A DNA stretch of 31,109 nucleotides, taken from assembly GCA_030668825.1 (NCBI GenBank), contig DAOVET010000027.1:1-31109 (forward strand), read 5' to 3'. The position numbers and the translations under genes were made by a program. This DNA is from Candidatus Heimdallarchaeota archaeon (lineage in GTDB: Archaea; Asgardarchaeota; Heimdallarchaeia; Heimdallarchaeales; Heimdallarchaeaceae). The notes under the pieces are model-generated. The model was not told the origin of the DNA and searched no databases. It saw only the letters and a program-made list of their open reading frames with translations. Numbering within the stretch: the stretch's first letter is position 1; each line of letters begins with the position of its first letter. Positions 27,033-31,109 of this stretch are shown piece by piece.

Positions 27033-27932
27033 ATGCCTACTCCAAAAAACCTTAAAGATCTGAAACTTAGCTTAGTAGGTGCACATATAGAATCCCTCAA
27101 TCAAGCTCTAAAAAAGAGAGGGTATAACACCAATTTATTACCAACAACTCATTTTCCCAAGAAAAAACAAATCAAGGATTCAGATATTATTTTTGGAGCA
27201 TATTTTCAATCTGCTTGGCCTTGGTTTGTAATTGGAAAGCTTTGTAGAAAGAAAACTGTATGTCATTGGGTTGGGTCTGATTCAGTTCTTTCTGTTCAAA
27301 ATTGGAAAAGAAAATTACAAACAAAAATATTTGCAAAATTTGTTGACACACATATTTCAGTATCAACTAGAATAAAGGAAGAACTCGATAAAATAGGAAT
27401 AGACAGTACTGTTCTCTTTCATGGTTCAGATATTGAAACAGAAGATATTCCTATGCCGGAGAAACTAGGTGTTTTAATTTATTTCATAGCAGGAAGAGAA
27501 AAACTCTATGGTGTTGATAGGGTGATCGAAATTTCGAAAGAAGTTAAAGATGTTGATTTTTATTTTGTTGGTCACTTTGATTCTTTACACTATAAGGAAA
27601 AATACAATCAAAGCAATCTTCATTTTCTAGGATACATCAACATTAGTGAGATTTGGTCAAAGATTAGCGTTATTGTTCGGATGACTGAACATGATGGTTT
27701 TCCTAAAATTATAGTAGAAGCTTATTCTAAGGGGAGGTATGTAATTCACAATTATCCCTTGCCTGGAGTAATTTTATCTAAAACAAATAAAGAAGTTGTC
27801 AGTGAATTAAAGAAGCTACAAACTACTAAAACAGCAAATAAGAAAGGAATTGAGTTATTTAACGAACAATTTCATTATGACAAATTTCTTGAGAAATTAG
27901 AGGAAATTTGTTTGAGTCTTTTTACTAAATAG
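27033..27932 (+). CDS. Glycosyltransferase, GT4/GT-B family
   Basis: HWVGSD, VSTRI, YGVD, FYFVG, HFLGY, TEHDGFPKIIVEAYSKG. ATG 27033 is preferred over the TTG at 26946. Confidence 0.82.
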   Translation: MPTPKNLKDLKLSLVGAHIESLNQALKKRGYNTNLLPTTHFPKKKQIKDSDIIFGAYFQSAWPWFVIGKLCRKKTVCHWVGSDSVLSVQNWKRKLQTKIFAKFVDTHISVSTRIKEELDKIGIDSTVLFHGSDIETEDIPMPEKLGVLIYFIAGREKLYGVDRVIEISKEVKDVDFYFVGHFDSLHYKEKYNQSNLHFLGYINISEIWSKISVIVRMTEHDGFPKIIVEAYSKGRYVIHNYPLPGVILSKTNKEVVSELKKLQTTKTANKKGIELFNEQFHYDKFLEKLEEICLSLFTK

Positions 27933-27994
27933 ACCATTTAGAATTATAATACAATCAGATAAAATTATTAAAGGGCATATCATTTACTTTTCTA

Positions 27995-28882
27995 ATGAGA
28001 ATATTAATCACAGGTTCAAGAGGTTTTCTCGGTGTCAACTTAGTGAAACATATTCAGACAGAAAGACCAGATTGGGAAATTTTTGGGTTTGATCTTAAAT
28101 CTAGTAAAAATATCAATTACAATTATAAAGCATTGAATTTCAATTCAGATGTTAACTGGAAAGAGAAACTAAAAACAATTGAACCAGATATGATATTCCA
28201 TTTAGTAGGCTTATTTCGAGGTACTAAAGAAGAAATGTATTCAACCAATGTTTCTTCTTTTCAAAGCTTTATAGAGGGATTTCGAGATTCAGAATTAGAG
28301 AGTAGATTATTAGTTTTAGGTTCAGCTGCACAGTATGGAGAGGACAGCACTATTACTAAACCGCTAAAGGAAGATCAACAAACTAAACCAATGAGCTTTT
28401 ATGGCGAAACAAAGGATAAACAAGAAAAAATAGCTTTAAGTTTCCACGAAAAATATGGTATTGATATTGTATGTACTAGACCAGCTTCTCTTGTTGGTAA
28501 GGGTGTATCAAATCATTTATTATCTGGATTTCTTACGGAGAAATTCAAGAAAAATGAGAAAACTATCAAAGTTGAAATTTCTAATTCCTCAGATGTTAGG
28601 GACTATATTGATGTTAGAGATACCTGTTCTGCTTTATTGCTTCTACAAGAAATGACTGGCATAACTGGTGATGTTTTTAATATCTCCGCCAATCAACTTC
28701 TCTCAAATTTAGAACTAATAAAAATTTATGAGAAGATTTCAGAAAAACGGGCACTCGTAACTTATTCACAACCTAATAAAACTCCCACTAAAATTTGGTT
28801 AGACAATTCAAAATTAGCTAAATGCTGCAGTTTTCTACCTAAATTTTCGATAGAAGATTCTGTGAGATGGAATTTAAGCTGA
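27995..28882 (+). CDS. NAD-dependent epimerase/dehydratase (extended SDR)
   Basis: ITGSRGFLG, PDMIFHL, GSAAQYG, YGETK, RDYIDVRD. Confidence 0.9.
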   Translation: MRILITGSRGFLGVNLVKHIQTERPDWEIFGFDLKSSKNINYNYKALNFNSDVNWKEKLKTIEPDMIFHLVGLFRGTKEEMYSTNVSSFQSFIEGFRDSELESRLLVLGSAAQYGEDSTITKPLKEDQQTKPMSFYGETKDKQEKIALSFHEKYGIDIVCTRPASLVGKGVSNHLLSGFLTEKFKKNEKTIKVEISNSSDVRDYIDVRDTCSALLLLQEMTGITGDVFNISANQLLSNLELIKIYEKISEKRALVTYSQPNKTPTKIWLDNSKLAKCCSFLPKFSIEDSVRWNLS

Positions 28883-28934
28883 ATTTTGAAGGTGTTTCAA
28901 AACTTTAAAAAACAACTGAAGTAATCTCAATACG

Positions 28935-30329
28935 ATGAGTCAATCCTCTAACGTTTTAATAGTTGGTGCTGGAAAAGCAGGATTATTACTTCTGGGTGAA
29001 TTAAATCAACCAAAATATAAGAACTATCAAGTTGTGGGTTTTATTGATGATGATCCTGAAAAACTAAGCAAAAAGGTTGAAAATTTATTTGTTTTAGGGA
29101 ACACAGAACAAATTCCTGAAATTGTTGAAAAATTTGATATTGAATTATTAATTATAGCAATTCCCTCAGCTACAGGAAAAACCATTACAAGGATTGTTGA
29201 CATAATTCATCATACATCATCTAGTTTCATGATAGTTCCTCCAATATTCCAGAATTTGAAGATAAATACTATTTCTGCACCAAGAAAAATAAGCGTAAGA
29301 GATTTGATTCGAGCACCTATTGAAAATGTTCTTACAGATGCATCAATGGAAGAAATTAGGAATTATACTATTTTGATAACAGGAGCAGCAGGATCAATCG
29401 GCTCAGAGATTTGCATTCAATTAGCTGGATGTTTTCCAAAACAAATCATTGGTTTAGATGTAGCTGAAACACCTCTTTTCGAATTAACAAATCAGATGAA
29501 CCAGAATCATAAAAAGATCAATTTTATCCCAGCTCTTGCCAATATCAGAGATGAGAAAAGATTAAGCAAAATTATCAAAAAATATAAGCCTGACATCATC
29601 TACCATTGTGCAGCTTTCAAACATGTTGGTATGATGGAACAATTCCCTCATGAATGTGTTAAAAATAATATTCAAAGCTCAATCAATCTAATTAAAATAG
29701 CTTTAGAAGAAAAAATAGAAAGGTTTGTGTTTGTTTCAACTGATAAAGCTGTAAAGCCCATTAATATTATGGGGATTTCGAAAAGAATCATTGAAAAATA
29801 TGTTCTTGCTCAAAATTCTAATGATACAAAATTTATGATAGTAAGATTTGGAAATGTTTTAGAGAGCAGTGGGAGTGCAATTCCGATATTCAAAAAGCAA
29901 ATTGAAAATGGCGGTCCTGTGCTCTTAACAGACGAAAGAATGGAGAGATTCTTTATGACTATCACAGAAGCAGCTCAGCTAGTAGTTCAAGCTTCCATAC
30001 TTGGCAAAGGTGGAGAGCTATTTGTTTTAGATATGGGTGAGCCCTACAAAATGCTAGACATTATTCATAAATTATTCCAAATTTATGATTATGACAAAGA
30101 TGATATCAAAATTGAAAACATCGGAATTCGTCCTGGTGAAAAACTTACAGAGGAACTCTTTCATGATTTTGAAAAACCCGAATTATCACAACATAACAGA
30201 ATTTATATCTGCAATATCGATGATGATGAGATATCCGAAGGTTTCTTGAAGGAAATTGATAAGTTTGTTGAAGAAGTAGATCAAATGGCTAAAGAAGAAA
30301 TATCTGTAAAAATGCTAGAATTTGTTTAG
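28935..30329 (+). CDS. CapD/PglF/WbpM-like UDP-sugar 4,6-dehydratase, soluble form
   Basis: GAGKAG, VGFIDDD, ITGAAGSIGSE, AAFKHV, STDKAV.P..IMG.SKR, VRFGNVL, RFFMTI.EA, GIRPGEKL.EEL. Confidence 0.92.
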   Translation: MSQSSNVLIVGAGKAGLLLLGELNQPKYKNYQVVGFIDDDPEKLSKKVENLFVLGNTEQIPEIVEKFDIELLIIAIPSATGKTITRIVDIIHHTSSSFMIVPPIFQNLKINTISAPRKISVRDLIRAPIENVLTDASMEEIRNYTILITGAAGSIGSEICIQLAGCFPKQIIGLDVAETPLFELTNQMNQNHKKINFIPALANIRDEKRLSKIIKKYKPDIIYHCAAFKHVGMMEQFPHECVKNNIQSSINLIKIALEEKIERFVFVSTDKAVKPINIMGISKRIIEKYVLAQNSNDTKFMIVRFGNVLESSGSAIPIFKKQIENGGPVLLTDERMERFFMTITEAAQLVVQASILGKGGELFVLDMGEPYKMLDIIHKLFQIYDYDKDDIKIENIGIRPGEKLTEELFHDFEKPELSQHNRIYICNIDDDEISEGFLKEIDKFVEEVDQMAKEEISVKMLEFV

Positions 30330-30398
30330 GTTGACTAAAATTAGTTTTTTTTGATGAATAAGATTAAGAATAACTTTGAGATAAGATTTTTGTTAAAA

Positions 30399-31109
30399 AT
30401 GGAAATAGATTGGAAAGATGAAATTCTATACAAAGACTTTGTGATGTGGGGTCCAAGATTAAAACGTGAGGCTCCTTTCTTTCAAGAAATTCTCCAAAAC
30501 ATACAGAAAGAAAATATTAGAATTCTAGATGTATCATGTGGGACTGGTGACCATCTAGTTATGTTTGCTAAATGGGGTTTTACAGGAATAGGAATTGACA
30601 TCTCAGAGCAGAATATAGAACAAGCAAGAGCATTAGCTCAAAGAAATAATAGTAATGACAAAGTAGATTTCATACTTGGCGATATTCTCGAATTAGAGAG
30701 TAAAATTCCTAATGAGAAATTCGACTTCATTTTCTGTATTGGTAACACTCTATCCATTTTTGATACAACTGAACGTAGAAACATCATAAATCAGATGATC
30801 AATCTTCTTAATGATAAGGGAGTTATACTTATTCAAGTAGTTAATTATTTGTCTCATAGAGATGAGGAACATTGGTTCTATAATCCAGGTTTAAAAAGAG
30901 ATTCCAATGAAGCTCTACTCTTTCATGTAAGAATGATGGAATGGAAAAATAAATACAATAAAATAACAATGTATGTTCAAAAAATCCATCAAAGTGATTA
31001 TGAATCGGAAGAATTCGATTTACACAAGAAAAGAACTGAATTCTTTATTATATCAATAAATGATTTCAGAGAATTTACTTCTAATGAAATAAACTTAAAT
31101 GCTTTTGGA
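30399..31109 (+). CDS. Class I SAM-dependent methyltransferase (partial; runs off the window end)
   Basis: Manual translation MEIDWKDE...WGPRLKREAPFF...ILDVSCGTG...GIDIS...GDI...FDFIFCIGNTL; no stop before the end. Confidence 0.85.
   Translation, partial: MEIDWKDEILYKDFVMWGPRLKREAPFFQEILQNIQKENIRILDVSCGTGDHLVMFAKWGFTGIGIDISEQNIEQARALAQRNNSNDKVDFILGDILELESKIPNEKFDFIFCIGNTLSIFDTTERRNIINQMINLLNDKGVILIQVVNYLSHRDEEHWFYNPGLKRDSNEALLFHVRMMEWKNKYNKITMYVQKIHQSDYESEEFDLHKKRTEFFIISINDFREFTSNEINLNAFG

Noticed and set aside
25353-28655. Short ORFs at 25353, 25962 and 28455
   Set aside because: They overlap VKOR, CpXC or the epimerase and show no independent signal.

Overview
This is an AT-rich (roughly 30% GC by eye) archaeal window. 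GGTGA-type Shine-Dalgarno sites, TATA/BRE promoters, TTG starts, a stand-alone RING protein and C-terminally anchored beta-helix proteins suggest an Asgard, possibly Heimdallarchaeia-like, genome; the taxonomy is inferred. Contents in order: (1) a divergent pair of paralogous bPH_2 membrane proteins, one fused to a wHTH; (2) a lone Fe-S-type APS/PAPS reductase bracketed by a 31-bp direct repeat; (3) a small RING-like protein; (4) an iron locus: DtxR/MntR regulator, feoA-feoA-feoB-membrane protein-feoC-like, and a convergent minimal SufC/SufB (SMS-type) Fe-S system, with three 21-bp-phased palindromic operators at the feo promoter and a fourth copy upstream of sufC; (5) alpha/beta hydrolase, NTPase and stand-alone DAK2 genes, with a candidate C-rich hairpin sRNA; (6) a split glycogen cluster without glgC (GalT-like, GH57, glgA; degenerate PGM, unannotated Zn-ribbon, GH57 branching enzyme); (7) two NosD-like surface proteins and one more CTERM-anchored protein; (8) VKOR, CpXC-TPR and an AhpD/CMD gene; (9) GT4, an epimerase, a CapD-like dehydratase and a partial methyltransferase. 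The PGM-like and AhpD genes each carry one in-frame stop at a position where homologues usually have Trp or Tyr. I found no rRNA, tRNA, CRISPR array or transposase.
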